Shown: positions 28,245 to 38,565 of the stretch, piece by piece | Numbering within the stretch: the stretch's first letter is position 1 | Layout: the number at the start of each line of letters is the position of its first letter | NCBI GenBank assembly: GCA_048938445.1 | Contig: JBHLME010000030.1 | Coordinates: 1 to 40,220 of the forward strand | Direction: 5' to 3' | Origin: Promethearchaeota archaeon | GTDB lineage: Archaea > Asgardarchaeota > Lokiarchaeia > Sigyniarchaeales > SOKP01 | Length of the DNA stretch: 40,220 nucleotides | Position numbers and translations under genes: made by a program | The notes under the pieces: model-generated | What the model was told of the DNA's origin: nothing | The model's database searches: none | The model's input: the letters and a program-made list of their open reading frames with translations, nothing else

Positions 28245-30233
28245 TCAGTAATAATCTTCCTTTAATTCTCTTATTTTGTCCCTTAAGTAGGCAGCATCTT
28301 CAAATCTTAATTCTTTAGCTGCTAAAAACATTTTATCCTCGAGATATTTTATTTTAATCTCAAGTTCAGTCAATCCTGCTAATTTATCTTCAATAGATCT
28401 TTTTAACCTTTTTGTTTCACGCTCTCGAAACTCTTTTTCCTCTGAAAGCGATTCCAAAATATTTTTTTGAATGGTTTTTGGAGTTATACCATATTCTTCA
28501 TTGTAAGCAATTTGCTTCTTTCTCCTCCTGTTTGTTTCATCAATAGCGGCTCTCATCGCAGGTGAAATCTTGTCTCCATATAAAATTGCCCTTCCATCAA
28601 CATTTCTAGATGCTCTCCCTATTGTTTGTATTAATGATCGTGTGTCTCTTAAGAATCCAAGTTTATCTGCATCTAATATTGCAACTAATTGAACTTCAGG
28701 TAGATCCAATCCTTCTCTTAGTAGGTTAATCCCTACCAATACATCGTGAGTTCCATCTCTTAATTGTCTTAAAATCTCAAATCTTTCTACGGTATCTACC
28801 TCAGAATGAAGGTATGCTACTTTCAAGCCTAATTCATTATAATACTCTGCAACATCTTCAGCCATTCTTTTAGTAAGAGTTGTAACTAATATTCTTCCCT
28901 TATTTTGTATTACTTTTTTTATTTCCCCTAATAAATTATCAATCTGATCTTTTGCAGGTCTTACTTCTACAATTGGGTCAACAAGTCCAGTTGGTCGAAT
29001 AATTTGTTCTGCAGACACCCCTTCACTCTTCTCTAATTCATAATTTCCGGGCGTAGCACTCATGAAAATGACATGGCTAATCTTACTCTCCCATTCTTCG
29101 AATGTTAAAGGTCTGTTATCATAAGCACTCGGTAATCTCCACCCATAATCAATAAGGTTTTTTTTTCGAGATCTATCTCCACCAATCATTCCATGTATTT
29201 GTGGAATGGTAACATGGCTTTCATCAACAACAATTAAGAAATCTTTAGGAAAGAAATCAATGAGAGTCATTGGAGGTGTTCCTGGTTCTCTTAAACTAAG
29301 ATGTCTGGAATAATTTTCAATTCCCTTGCACCATCCCATTTCTCTCATCATTTCCAAATCAAATTTTACTCTTCGCTCAATCCATTTAGCTTCAGCATAT
29401 TTTTTTTGTTTTTTAAAGAAATTAATACGTTCTTCTAATTCTTGTTCTATTAATTCTAATGCTTTAGTTTTATTGTACTCAGGTATGATAAATGGAGTTG
29501 CTGGGAAAATGCGGTAATTCGAAATATTTTTAAGCACTTTCCCTGTTATGGGGTGAATTTCTTGAATTGCTTCAATTTCATATCCAAATAAAGAAATCCG
29601 TAAACCCACATCATAGTAAGCTAAAAAAATGTCGATTATGTCTCCTTTTACTCTGAAATTCCCCCGTTTAAACTCGATATCATTTCGTTCATAACTCATT
29701 TTTACTAATTTATTAATTATATCTTGTCTTTTTTTAGTATCTCCTACTTCAATATATAGGGCTATTTTCTCCCAATACTCGGGATCACCTAGTCCATAAA
29801 TACATGAAACTGTGGCAACAACTATCACATCCTTTCGAGTTCGAACGCCATGAGCCGCAGCTAGCCTTAATCGCTCAATTTCTTCGTTTACACTAAAGTC
29901 TTTTTCAATATAGAGACCTGTTACTGGCATGTATGCTTCAGGTTGATAGTAATCATAATACGAAACAAAATAATGAACTGCATTATTGGGAAATAATTCT
30001 TTTAACTCATTGTATAATTGGGCTGCTAAAGTTTTATTTGGGCTCATAACTAACGTTGGTTTATTTATTTTTTGAATTACCTGAGCGATTGAAAATGTTT
30101 TTCCTGTGCCAGTTGCACCCAAGAGAGTTTGAAACCTTTTACCATCAATTATATTATTGGATAACAGTTCAATTGCTTCGGGTTGATCGCCACTTGGTTC
30201 ATACTCCGATTCAATTTGAAAATTAACACTCAT
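28245..30233 (-). CDS. uvrB: Excinuclease ABC subunit B
   Basis: GDQPEAI, GATGTGKT, FVSYYDYYQPEAY, DESH, QIIRPTGL, GINLLREGLD, QTIGRA, C-terminal UVR domain FEDAAYLRD. Confidence 0.97.
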   Translation of the reverse strand: MSVNFQIESEYEPSGDQPEAIELLSNNIIDGKRFQTLLGATGTGKTFSIAQVIQKINKPTLVMSPNKTLAAQLYNELKELFPNNAVHYFVSYYDYYQPEAYMPVTGLYIEKDFSVNEEIERLRLAAAHGVRTRKDVIVVATVSCIYGLGDPEYWEKIALYIEVGDTKKRQDIINKLVKMSYERNDIEFKRGNFRVKGDIIDIFLAYYDVGLRISLFGYEIEAIQEIHPITGKVLKNISNYRIFPATPFIIPEYNKTKALELIEQELEERINFFKKQKKYAEAKWIERRVKFDLEMMREMGWCKGIENYSRHLSLREPGTPPMTLIDFFPKDFLIVVDESHVTIPQIHGMIGGDRSRKKNLIDYGWRLPSAYDNRPLTFEEWESKISHVIFMSATPGNYELEKSEGVSAEQIIRPTGLVDPIVEVRPAKDQIDNLLGEIKKVIQNKGRILVTTLTKRMAEDVAEYYNELGLKVAYLHSEVDTVERFEILRQLRDGTHDVLVGINLLREGLDLPEVQLVAILDADKLGFLRDTRSLIQTIGRASRNVDGRAILYGDKISPAMRAAIDETNRRRKKQIAYNEEYGITPKTIQKNILESLSEEKEFRERETKRLKRSIEDKLAGLTELEIKIKYLEDKMFLAAKELRFEDAAYLRDKIRELKEDYY

Positions 30234-30418
30234 TTGAACTCAAAATATAATTTCTCTCTTAAAAATAAAGATCAGTAATTGTTTTTTAAAACATAACGGT
30301 ATGATAGTTTAAATGTACATGTCTTTTTGATTTTTTCGACTTAATTTAATATGATAATTTAAGATTTTAACTTTAAAGAATTAATTATTAAGTATAATAA
30401 AAATAAAAATTGGAATTT

Positions 30419-32200
30419 TCAAGATATGTCTACATTTATAGATTCATCTTCTGCTCCTTCTTTCGTTCTAACTAAAATATCAATGTAATCTCCTGAACCT
30501 CCGATAAAATTCGAGAGAATTGCTTCTTCAATTATTAATGTAAATGAGAGGCCTGCTCCAATTTCAAAGTTTGTATTAGTAAAGTTAATTAATGGAATAT
30601 ATGTATCGTTGATAAAGACGGAATTAATGGTTATATTTAATAAACCTAAGTTATCTACTGCGATTTCCACATTTCCTGAGACTCTTTGGGTATTTGTTTC
30701 ATCTATCGAAATATTATAATAAGTTGGCCCTACTGGAGGATTATCTACAGCTTTAAAGTTATAATTATAGATGTTAGCAGATGGCTCACTTGTATAGATA
30801 TCAACGTAAATATCATCAGTAATATTAATTTCTAGTGCGGTTAGATTCAAAGATACAAATGCACATTCTTGTATCCCTAAAGTATCATTCCCGCTAATGA
30901 ATAGGACCTCTGTCGTATTTTGGAAGTCAAGATTGACGTTATTACTAACGGTTGCAACATTTAAATAATCTAGACTTATAGGTTGATCTCCTGTATTTTT
31001 GATTAATAACGTTCCTGTCTCATTTGCCATCACGTATGAAACCGTCCTACCATCAACTTCGGTATCAATGCTATTTATAGTTTCAATGATCTGAATATCA
31101 GATGATTCATTAAGTGTATGAACATAAAAGACATTTGAGCATGTATCATTAGATACGCTACCTTCAGCAGTTATTTTAATGCCTAATTCATCATTTACCC
31201 TAATATCATAATATGCAGGATTTAATTCATCTAAAGATATATTAAGAATATCTTCATCACCTTTTCCCAAAACGGTAGTTCCTGAAAGAAAATTAAAATC
31301 ACCTGGATTAACCTGTGTCCAAGTATCTGAAGTTGAAAAATAGACGGAACTTATTGTTACAGGGAAATCTCCAGTATTTTTTACCTTAACATACACTTGC
31401 GTGGTATTATTATCATAACTATAAGCATGTGTCTCACTGAGATTAACAGGAACGTGATATCTATAGCGGCTATCAGTAGATATAGAAACTTCTGGAGAAA
31501 TTATTCTTGAATTATCGTAAACCGTGAGATTATATCCTTCATAACTAGAGGAAAAGAGTACTTCATCTTTAAATCCATTCGGTGTTATAACACCTATCAA
31601 ATTGTGTTTCTCTTTTAATGGATAAAAGTCAGCCATATCACTATCAACATTAGATATCTTTAAAAAAGCTTTTTCTCCAGGTTCTAATATAGAGGATCCA
31701 TTGATATAGGTAGTTGGAAATCCATCTATTGGATTATCTTCTGTATTGACGTAAATATCATCTATAAACGTAGTTATTGAACCCGTATTCTCTACTTCAA
31801 GATAAACATCAACCTGATCCTCAGTTCTTTGGATAACCTTACTTTTAGCTTCATTAATTTTTATTGAGTCTTGAACACCCTTAGAAACCAGGAAGTTGCT
31901 CGTTGATTCAGTAAATGTATATTTCTTTTGCAAACCATCAGCTTCGGCAGTCACGGTTATTTTTACAACATTATTAACGTTATAAATATTCGGATCAATA
32001 TCTACCCATACCAAATCATCATCACCCGCGCTTAATTGATTTGCTTGAACTCCTTTTCCCATTTTGAAATCATAGTCTATACCATTGATTGAAACATTTG
32101 TTATAGTTAAATCCTTCGTGCCTGTATTTTTCAGTTCAAAGGTTCCATACCCACTATCATATACTTTTGCATTATTTATGGAAAAACTTGACTCTAATAC
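30419..32200 (-). repeat. Five tandem Ig-like/beta-sandwich repeats (about 115-135 aa each) in the AglB C-terminus
   Basis: ELKNTGTKDLTITNVSIN, EVENTGSITTFIDDIYVN, KVKNTGDFPVTISSVYFS, LIKNTGDQPISLDYLNV, AVDNLGLLNITINSVFIN at regular spacing. Confidence 0.8.
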
Positions 32201-34372
32201 CGTATAATCAATTTTATATAATTTTACTAGATGTGCGGAGGAAAAATGCTGATATATGAAGACATTTGAATCAACATTTCCATTAGGGTATCTATTGTCT
32301 ATTTCCTCCTTCCATGTTGTATCTTGTAAAGTAGTCCATGAAGATATACGCTCATTATAATATTTAACTAGTTGATTACTATTATCACTAGCAGTAGTTG
32401 GCTCACCCCAAAACATCAATTTCACTAATTGGGTATCAAACCATTTTTGCCCTTTCACACCTCTCTCGTCTGTATATTCACTTTCATCAAAAACGGCACC
32501 ATCTGCCCAGTTATCCTCTTCCATTCCCAATGCCTTATATCTTTCATAGTGATCATTGCAAATTCTTAACATCCACTGCCACTTTCCCTCATCTCCACCT
32601 AGTCCAGAATACAAATATGTAAAATAAACTAAGATATAATCTGCCTTTAATCTTTTTAACACTTTTGCCGCATAGATCTCATCGGTCTGCATGAATGCCA
32701 TTCCAGTCATTCCAATTCTGGTTGAATTTGCTGTCGCATTATCATTTACAGTTGTCACATTACCAATAGGTGTGAGCCAATATCCATAATCCCACCAACT
32801 CACGACAACGTCTGTACCTTCTAAGTTATTTTTCATCCAAGTTAAAGATTCTTCCCAATCATGTAAAACTTGACCAGTTACAATAGAACCATATGATAAT
32901 TGATCAACTGAAGCATCAACAGCATGTACCACCTGAGCTATGCACACTATTCCTACGATTAAATATACTGCAAAGACTTCTGAATTGGTTATTGTGTTTT
33001 TAACTTGACGCCTTCTTTTTCTACTTACTCCAGACCTTCTTTCTCCAATAAAACTACCATAAGTATTTAAAACGCTACTTAAACCATATGCCGCAACTAA
33101 AGAAGCTGCTGGAGCAAAAATCAAGATAATTCGAGTCATGCTTCCTGTAAAGTAAAATAAAGTTAAAACAAATATTATTAATACAATATCCTTCATATTT
33201 CCTCTCTTAAAACAAAAATAGATTCCTAAAGGAATCAACATCAGTGGAACTAATGTATTATTATAAAATGAACTCCAAGGACTCGGTACATGCTCCGCTA
33301 CTGAAGCAACAAGAGAAATTTGATTTCGTAATAGTGGACTTATAATACTTGTAAATCTAGAACTCAAACCTAATGGAATTAAACCGGGTGCAATCCAAAT
33401 AATCATGGCAAAGATAAGTATTATTGGAACAACCCCCCATTTTAATAGATTAATCAAATTTCGATAAAAATTAGGGTAATCTTTCTTTTTTGAATAAATG
33501 ACGTGAAAAATAATTAATAAAATTGTAAAAAGAAAAACTCCACCAATTTCTATATCTGAGATTAAATCACCATATTTAAACCTGGTATACAGCGAAAAGA
33601 TTAAGATCCCCATTCCTTGAACGCCTGCATACGCAATTAATACGTTTTCATTATATTTTTTTGCTAAAATAAAGACTGCAACAATTACAGGTAAAATTAA
33701 AAGAATATAGGTATAACCACCCCATGTTAAACATAGATATCCTAAGAACACCCCTCCTATTAATGAATGTGTAACTTTTCCTGATTTTAATGTTTTAATA
33801 AAAAATAACAAGCACATTATTGCAGCAAATACACCAATAGTTTCATTATCAAAAAATCCAGCCATTGTCCTCGACATGTATCCAACACTAAATGCCATGA
33901 AAAATGCAGCCAATAATCCACATCTTCTATCTAAAATCTCTTTTCCAAGAAAGTACATTGCTAATACAGAGATTCCTCCCATAAACGCCGGAAAGAAATA
34001 ACAGATATCATATAAAGATAGAGGAATTCCTATAAAATTAAAAATCTTATGTATTATTACAACTGTAAAGAGTAATCCAGGACGGTATCCAAATCTATCA
34101 AATCCATCGGGATACCAACTTTTAAAATCATGCCAGGTAAAAAATTCATAAAGTGAATGGGTATCCAAGTACTCAGATGTATACCATTGAATCCAAGGAT
34201 CAAAAGCTTTAATTAATTGACCTCCCCTTAAAAGGGGAGAAAGGCGTACTACAATAGCTAAGATAACTATCATTGATAAAGCAATAAAGAATAAAATATT
34301 GTAAGATTTAAAGGATACATTTGCATGAATCCGATCTTTAGTATTCTTTAAAGATGAAACGACCTTTGACAT
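30419..34372 (-). CDS. aglB: Oligosaccharyltransferase AglB/STT3 with an approximately 590-aa C-terminal extension
   Basis: AFDPW, GFFDNE, SVAEH, SWWDYG, NDNAT, GDEGKWQWMLRI; N-terminal multi-TM region. Confidence 0.93.
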   Translation of the reverse strand: MSKVVSSLKNTKDRIHANVSFKSYNILFFIALSMIVILAIVVRLSPLLRGGQLIKAFDPWIQWYTSEYLDTHSLYEFFTWHDFKSWYPDGFDRFGYRPGLLFTVVIIHKIFNFIGIPLSLYDICYFFPAFMGGISVLAMYFLGKEILDRRCGLLAAFFMAFSVGYMSRTMAGFFDNETIGVFAAIMCLLFFIKTLKSGKVTHSLIGGVFLGYLCLTWGGYTYILLILPVIVAVFILAKKYNENVLIAYAGVQGMGILIFSLYTRFKYGDLISDIEIGGVFLFTILLIIFHVIYSKKKDYPNFYRNLINLLKWGVVPIILIFAMIIWIAPGLIPLGLSSRFTSIISPLLRNQISLVASVAEHVPSPWSSFYNNTLVPLMLIPLGIYFCFKRGNMKDIVLIIFVLTLFYFTGSMTRIILIFAPAASLVAAYGLSSVLNTYGSFIGERRSGVSRKRRRQVKNTITNSEVFAVYLIVGIVCIAQVVHAVDASVDQLSYGSIVTGQVLHDWEESLTWMKNNLEGTDVVVSWWDYGYWLTPIGNVTTVNDNATANSTRIGMTGMAFMQTDEIYAAKVLKRLKADYILVYFTYLYSGLGGDEGKWQWMLRICNDHYERYKALGMEEDNWADGAVFDESEYTDERGVKGQKWFDTQLVKLMFWGEPTTASDNSNQLVKYYNERISSWTTLQDTTWKEEIDNRYPNGNVDSNVFIYQHFSSAHLVKLYKIDYTVLESSFSINNAKVYDSGYGTFELKNTGTKDLTITNVSINGIDYDFKMGKGVQANQLSAGDDDLVWVDIDPNIYNVNNVVKITVTAEADGLQKKYTFTESTSNFLVSKGVQDSIKINEAKSKVIQRTEDQVDVYLEVENTGSITTFIDDIYVNTEDNPIDGFPTTYINGSSILEPGEKAFLKISNVDSDMADFYPLKEKHNLIGVITPNGFKDEVLFSSSYEGYNLTVYDNSRIISPEVSISTDSRYRYHVPVNLSETHAYSYDNNTTQVYVKVKNTGDFPVTISSVYFSTSDTWTQVNPGDFNFLSGTTVLGKGDEDILNISLDELNPAYYDIRVNDELGIKITAEGSVSNDTCSNVFYVHTLNESSDIQIIETINSIDTEVDGRTVSYVMANETGTLLIKNTGDQPISLDYLNVATVSNNVNLDFQNTTEVLFISGNDTLGIQECAFVSLNLTALEINITDDIYVDIYTSEPSANIYNYNFKAVDNPPVGPTYYNISIDETNTQRVSGNVEIAVDNLGLLNITINSVFINDTYIPLINFTNTNFEIGAGLSFTLIIEEAILSNFIGGSGDYIDILVRTKEGAEDESINVDIS

Positions 34373-34546
34373 TGTTTTTAATGTAATTTTAATAAAATTG
34401 TGATCTAATAATTATTGCTAAACTATTATACTTGATCAAAAAAAAAATCCTTACAATTAAAACATTATTACTGTATGGAATAATCTTATAATATTGAAAT
34501 TTTAACTTAAAATTTAAATCATATAAATAAAAAATAATAATAACAC

Positions 34547-35395
34547 ATGATAAGGGAAAATTTGGAGCACAAATATTTATGTAAGTACTTTTACGTTGGC
34601 TCTAAAAAATATCATGGATCTCAGAGACAACCAGATTTTTTAACAGTTGAAGAATGTATAATTGCAAGTCTGAAAAAAACGAAATACATAGAAAATTCTG
34701 AAGGATCCAAAATTGAATTTGCTAGTAGAACAGATAAATTTGTATCAGCAAGGGGGGCAGCATTTTCTTTCATTACCAATAAAAAATTAATATTGATGGA
34801 AATTAATTCAGCATTACCAAGGAATATAGGATTATGGAGTTTTAGTAAGGTGCCCTTAGATTTTTCATCTCGATTTAATGCAACAATGAGACATTATAGG
34901 TATATCTATCCCATACCAGTAATTTTTCTGAAAGGATTAGATGTTAACTTAGTTAAAGAAACATGTGGAAGATTAAAAGGACACCATAATTTTATTAACT
35001 TTTGTAAAAAAGAGAGTGATCAAGGAACTACATTGAGAGATCTTGAAGAAGCTTCGGTAATGATTCAAAATCAATATATTATTTTTGATTTCAAGAGTAA
35101 AGGTTTTCTAAGACAACAAATACGTCGAATGGTTAAAATGATAATGGATGTGGGATTGAAAAAAATTGAGTTAGAAGAATTCATGAATTTATTCAATACT
35201 TCAGTCAAAATATCATACCAACCAGCTGATCCAACCGGTTTAATCTTATGGGATATTTTTTATGATAAGGATATTAGTTTTGAGATTGATCCTAAATCAG
35301 TAGAAAGAATGGGTCGATTGTTTTTTGATAAAATGATAAAACATGGTCTTAAAAACCAACTATATTCGATCCTTCAACAAAACGATTTTAGCTAG
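34547..35395 (+). CDS. truA: tRNA pseudouridine(38-40) synthase
   Basis: YHGSQRQP, ASRTDKFVSA (catalytic Asp), RHYRY, GHHNFINF, FLRQQIRRMV, PTGLIL. Confidence 0.92.
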   Translation: MIRENLEHKYLCKYFYVGSKKYHGSQRQPDFLTVEECIIASLKKTKYIENSEGSKIEFASRTDKFVSARGAAFSFITNKKLILMEINSALPRNIGLWSFSKVPLDFSSRFNATMRHYRYIYPIPVIFLKGLDVNLVKETCGRLKGHHNFINFCKKESDQGTTLRDLEEASVMIQNQYIIFDFKSKGFLRQQIRRMVKMIMDVGLKKIELEEFMNLFNTSVKISYQPADPTGLILWDIFYDKDISFEIDPKSVERMGRLFFDKMIKHGLKNQLYSILQQNDFS

Positions 35396-36334
35396 TAATG
35401 CTTGTAATTGGATCTCTTCTGTAGCACCTTGGCTTAATCTATATTCAAATTCAGCTAAAATTTTTGAAAGTTCAATTTTTTTATCTTCAGGTATGTCCAT
35501 GTCATATACTTCTCTATGAATATTTTTGATAATATTTCTTCCTGAAAGACCATAATTCTTAATTAAATCATCTAATAGTTTAATTGAAAAAGATAATTGG
35601 CCTTCAAAGGCTACACTTAAGATTTCTTTAATTTTATCGGGAGGCACTTCACCTGCTACCCGTAGAACAATATCTTGGTCAATTTTCTTAGAAATCGTCG
35701 CACAAGATTGCAAATAATTTATTGCGCGTCTGCAATCGCCTCTAGATACATCTATTAATACATCTAATCCACTTGTTACTACCTTAATTTGTTCATTTTT
35801 TGCTATCAATTTTATTCTTTCTTTAACATCATCATCACTTAAAGATGAAAATCTAAAGACCACGCATCTGGATTGAATGGGAGGAATTATTTTGTTAGAA
35901 TAATTACAAATTAAGATCATCCTACAATTTTTAGTATATTTTTCCATTGTCCTTCTTAAAGCTTGTTGAGCTGGAGCGGTCATATTATCAGCTTCATCTA
36001 AAATCAGAATTTTAAAAGGTGTATTTAATGGAGGTCGCGCTTTGGCAAAATCTTTGATGAACGTTCTTATAACGTCTATACCACGTGCATCACTTGCGTT
36101 CAATTCTAAAAAATTAATGTTTGATGCCATTTCTCTACCATATAATTCACGAACCATTGCTAAAGCAGAAGTTGTTTTTCCAGTTCCTGCAGGACCCGCA
36201 AATATGAGATGAGGCATTGATTTATCTTTTATAAATTGCTTCAATCTTCGTATTATCCCTTCTTGATTAACAATATCATCTAAAGTTCTAGGACGATATT
36301 TTTCAACCCATGGGCGACGATTTTCAATAGACAT
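35360..36334 (-). CDS. rfcS: Replication factor C small subunit
   Basis: PWVEKYRP, GPAGTGKT, ELNASDARG, LDEAD, ALRRTME, IQSRC; no intein. Confidence 0.96.
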   Translation of the reverse strand: MSIENRRPWVEKYRPRTLDDIVNQEGIIRRLKQFIKDKSMPHLIFAGPAGTGKTTSALAMVRELYGREMASNINFLELNASDARGIDVIRTFIKDFAKARPPLNTPFKILILDEADNMTAPAQQALRRTMEKYTKNCRMILICNYSNKIIPPIQSRCVVFRFSSLSDDDVKERIKLIAKNEQIKVVTSGLDVLIDVSRGDCRRAINYLQSCATISKKIDQDIVLRVAGEVPPDKIKEILSVAFEGQLSFSIKLLDDLIKNYGLSGRNIIKNIHREVYDMDIPEDKKIELSKILAEFEYRLSQGATEEIQLQALLAKIVLLKDRI

Positions 36335-36460
36335 TTAAATCTTGACTTTTTTTAAAAAATATTTAAACATCGATATTGTTTTATCTAATAACAATTAAGA
36401 ATTAAATATTCTTATTAAAAATTAAGTCTTCATAAATATCCAAAAAAAAGTTAATAGGAA

Positions 36461-37771
36461 TTGAACATGATGGATTTCAAGATAACAAAAATGAAAGCAC
36501 GGTGGATTTTAGATTCAAGAGGGAATCCTACCGTGGAGACGGATGTTTATTCTGGAAAGATTTTTGCAAGAGCTGCTGTTCCTTCAGGAGCCTCAACTGG
36601 AGTTTCAGAAGCATTGGAATTACGAGATGGCGGAAAAGCTTTCTTGGGTAAACATGTTACGAATGCAGTTTCAAATGTTAATGAGATCATTGCAAAAAAA
36701 TTAAAGGGTTTTGATGTTAGAGAACAGACAAAGATTGATGAAGAAATGATTGCTATCGATGGAACAGGAAATAAGGGTAAATTAGGTGCAAATGCGATAT
36801 TATCTGTTTCATTAGCCGCTGCAAAATTAGCTGCTCAATTAGCAGAAAAACCGTTATTTATCCATATACATGAGTTAGCATTTAACAAGAAGAGAGAAGA
36901 TTATTTATTACCTTTACCTTGCTGCAATATTGTAAATGGTGGGGAACACGCAGGAAACAACTTATCCATACAAGAATTCATGGTATTGCCAGTAGGTGCG
37001 CCCTCTTTTTCTCAAGCAATTCAAAATGTGGTAGAAGTTTATCAAAATCTTAAAAAATTATTGGCAAAAAAATATGGCCCATCTGCCGTGAATGTAGGAG
37101 ATGAAGGGGGTTTTGCTCCAAACTTTTCAGAAACACGGGAAGCTGTTGATATCATTGTTGAAGCAATTGAAACCGCAGGATTTCTCATGGGAACTGATTT
37201 TGTATTAGGGATGGATGCCGCTGCTAGTGAATTTTTCAAGGATGGTACATATGATATAGATGGAAAAAAGTTGACTGAAGTAGAATTGCTCAATTATTAC
37301 ATGGATTTAATTCATGATTATCCATTTAAATCCATTGAAGATCCCTTTGACGAAAAATCTTTCAGAGGTTTCAGTAATTTAACAGCAAAAGTTGATAAAT
37401 CAATCCAAATCGTAGATGATGATTTAACAGTAACCAATATAAATATTCTTGAAAAAGCAATCAAAGAAAAAGCAGGTAATGCTCTACTTCTTAAGGTAAA
37501 TCAAATCGGTTCTCTTACTGAAGCAATTAATGCATGTAAGATGTCATTTAAAAACGGATTTAATGTAATGGTATCTCATCGTTCTGGGGAAACTGAGGAC
37601 CCTTTTATAGCAGATTTAGCAGTAGGGCTGTGCTCTGGGCAAATTAAGACCGGAGCCACGGCAAGATCTGATCGTAATAGTAAATACAACCAACTATTGA
37701 GAATTGAAGAAATACTAGGAGAAAATGCTAAATATCCAAAACAATTAGACTCATGGAAAAATTTTCAGTAA
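36461..37771 (+). CDS. eno: Enolase (true start probably ATG at 36467 or 36470)
   Basis: DSRGNPTVE, VPSGASTG, GANAIL, QEFM, GDEGG, LLKVNQIG, SHRSGETED, GQIKTG. Confidence 0.97.
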   Translation: MNMMDFKITKMKARWILDSRGNPTVETDVYSGKIFARAAVPSGASTGVSEALELRDGGKAFLGKHVTNAVSNVNEIIAKKLKGFDVREQTKIDEEMIAIDGTGNKGKLGANAILSVSLAAAKLAAQLAEKPLFIHIHELAFNKKREDYLLPLPCCNIVNGGEHAGNNLSIQEFMVLPVGAPSFSQAIQNVVEVYQNLKKLLAKKYGPSAVNVGDEGGFAPNFSETREAVDIIVEAIETAGFLMGTDFVLGMDAAASEFFKDGTYDIDGKKLTEVELLNYYMDLIHDYPFKSIEDPFDEKSFRGFSNLTAKVDKSIQIVDDDLTVTNINILEKAIKEKAGNALLLKVNQIGSLTEAINACKMSFKNGFNVMVSHRSGETEDPFIADLAVGLCSGQIKTGATARSDRNSKYNQLLRIEEILGENAKYPKQLDSWKNFQ

Positions 37772-37796
37772 ATTTCCTTTTACTTTCTTATATTTT

Positions 37797-38444
37797 TTAT
37801 TTTTTAATAAATCTATATAATCTAACATCAATTTTTTTAGTTTTTTTTTCATGGAATTTAAAAGATTTCTCAAGAATCATATTAAAAGGTGTAGAGTAAT
37901 CAATAATCCAATCAAATTTTTTTATATATTTTGAAAGAAAATTAAAAACTTTTTCACTTGACAAGTGAATTGAATATACCACGTCAGAGAACGAAAATGC
38001 TTTTTCTAAAAAATATCTATCAGCTTTTTTTTTCTGTACACCGAAGGGTGGATTCATAATAGTGGTAATTTTTAAATTTCTAGATAAAAATGCTTTTGAA
38101 ATTGAAAGATGAGTTATATCAGAACAAATGGGGAATATACATTCTTGTAAATTTAGAGAATTTATATTTTTTCTCAATATTTTTAGAGCATTACAATCTA
38201 AATCGACGCTTATTATTGATTTAGGCTTAAAATAGGCACAAGCAATTGATAACCTTCCTGTTCCCGCACCTAAATCAAAAATAACATTCTCAGTTATATC
38301 ATTAAATTCAAAACCAGCAAAATAAATTATATCGACAGCACAAGTAGCATCAATACTATATTGCTCTAATTCAATTTTGGGATTATTAAAAGTTTTAGTG
38401 TTTTGAATGATAGAAATTAAATCTTTCTTTTTAATTAATAACAT
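37797..38444 (-). CDS. METTL5-family N6-adenine RNA methyltransferase
   Basis: PKIELEQY, DLGAGTGRL, MNPPFG, VYSIH, FHEKK. Confidence 0.88.
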   Translation of the reverse strand: MLLIKKKDLISIIQNTKTFNNPKIELEQYSIDATCAVDIIYFAGFEFNDITENVIFDLGAGTGRLSIACAYFKPKSIISVDLDCNALKILRKNINSLNLQECIFPICSDITHLSISKAFLSRNLKITTIMNPPFGVQKKKADRYFLEKAFSFSDVVYSIHLSSEKVFNFLSKYIKKFDWIIDYSTPFNMILEKSFKFHEKKTKKIDVRLYRFIKK

Positions 38445-38565
38445 GACTTCAAAATTACACGCTTTAATATAAGGAATAAATTTATTTACATTATTTAATT
38501 TTATTTACTTAAAATAGAGAAAAAATTGAATTTATCTCATTTTTTTATAAATTTTGTGAAGCCTA

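Noticed and set aside
35360-35395. 36-bp convergent overlap of truA and rfcS (also the 4-bp taw1/apgM overlap at 7368-7371)
   Set aside because: Common in compact archaeal genomes; both proteins look complete
23457-36334. Possible inteins in aIF5B or RFC-S, which are frequent intein hosts
   Set aside because: Both have normal lengths and uninterrupted motifs
37405-37440. Enolase QIVDDDLTVTN instead of the usual VGDDL
   Set aside because: Metal-binding and catalytic residues are retained; a single substitution is not evidence of changed function
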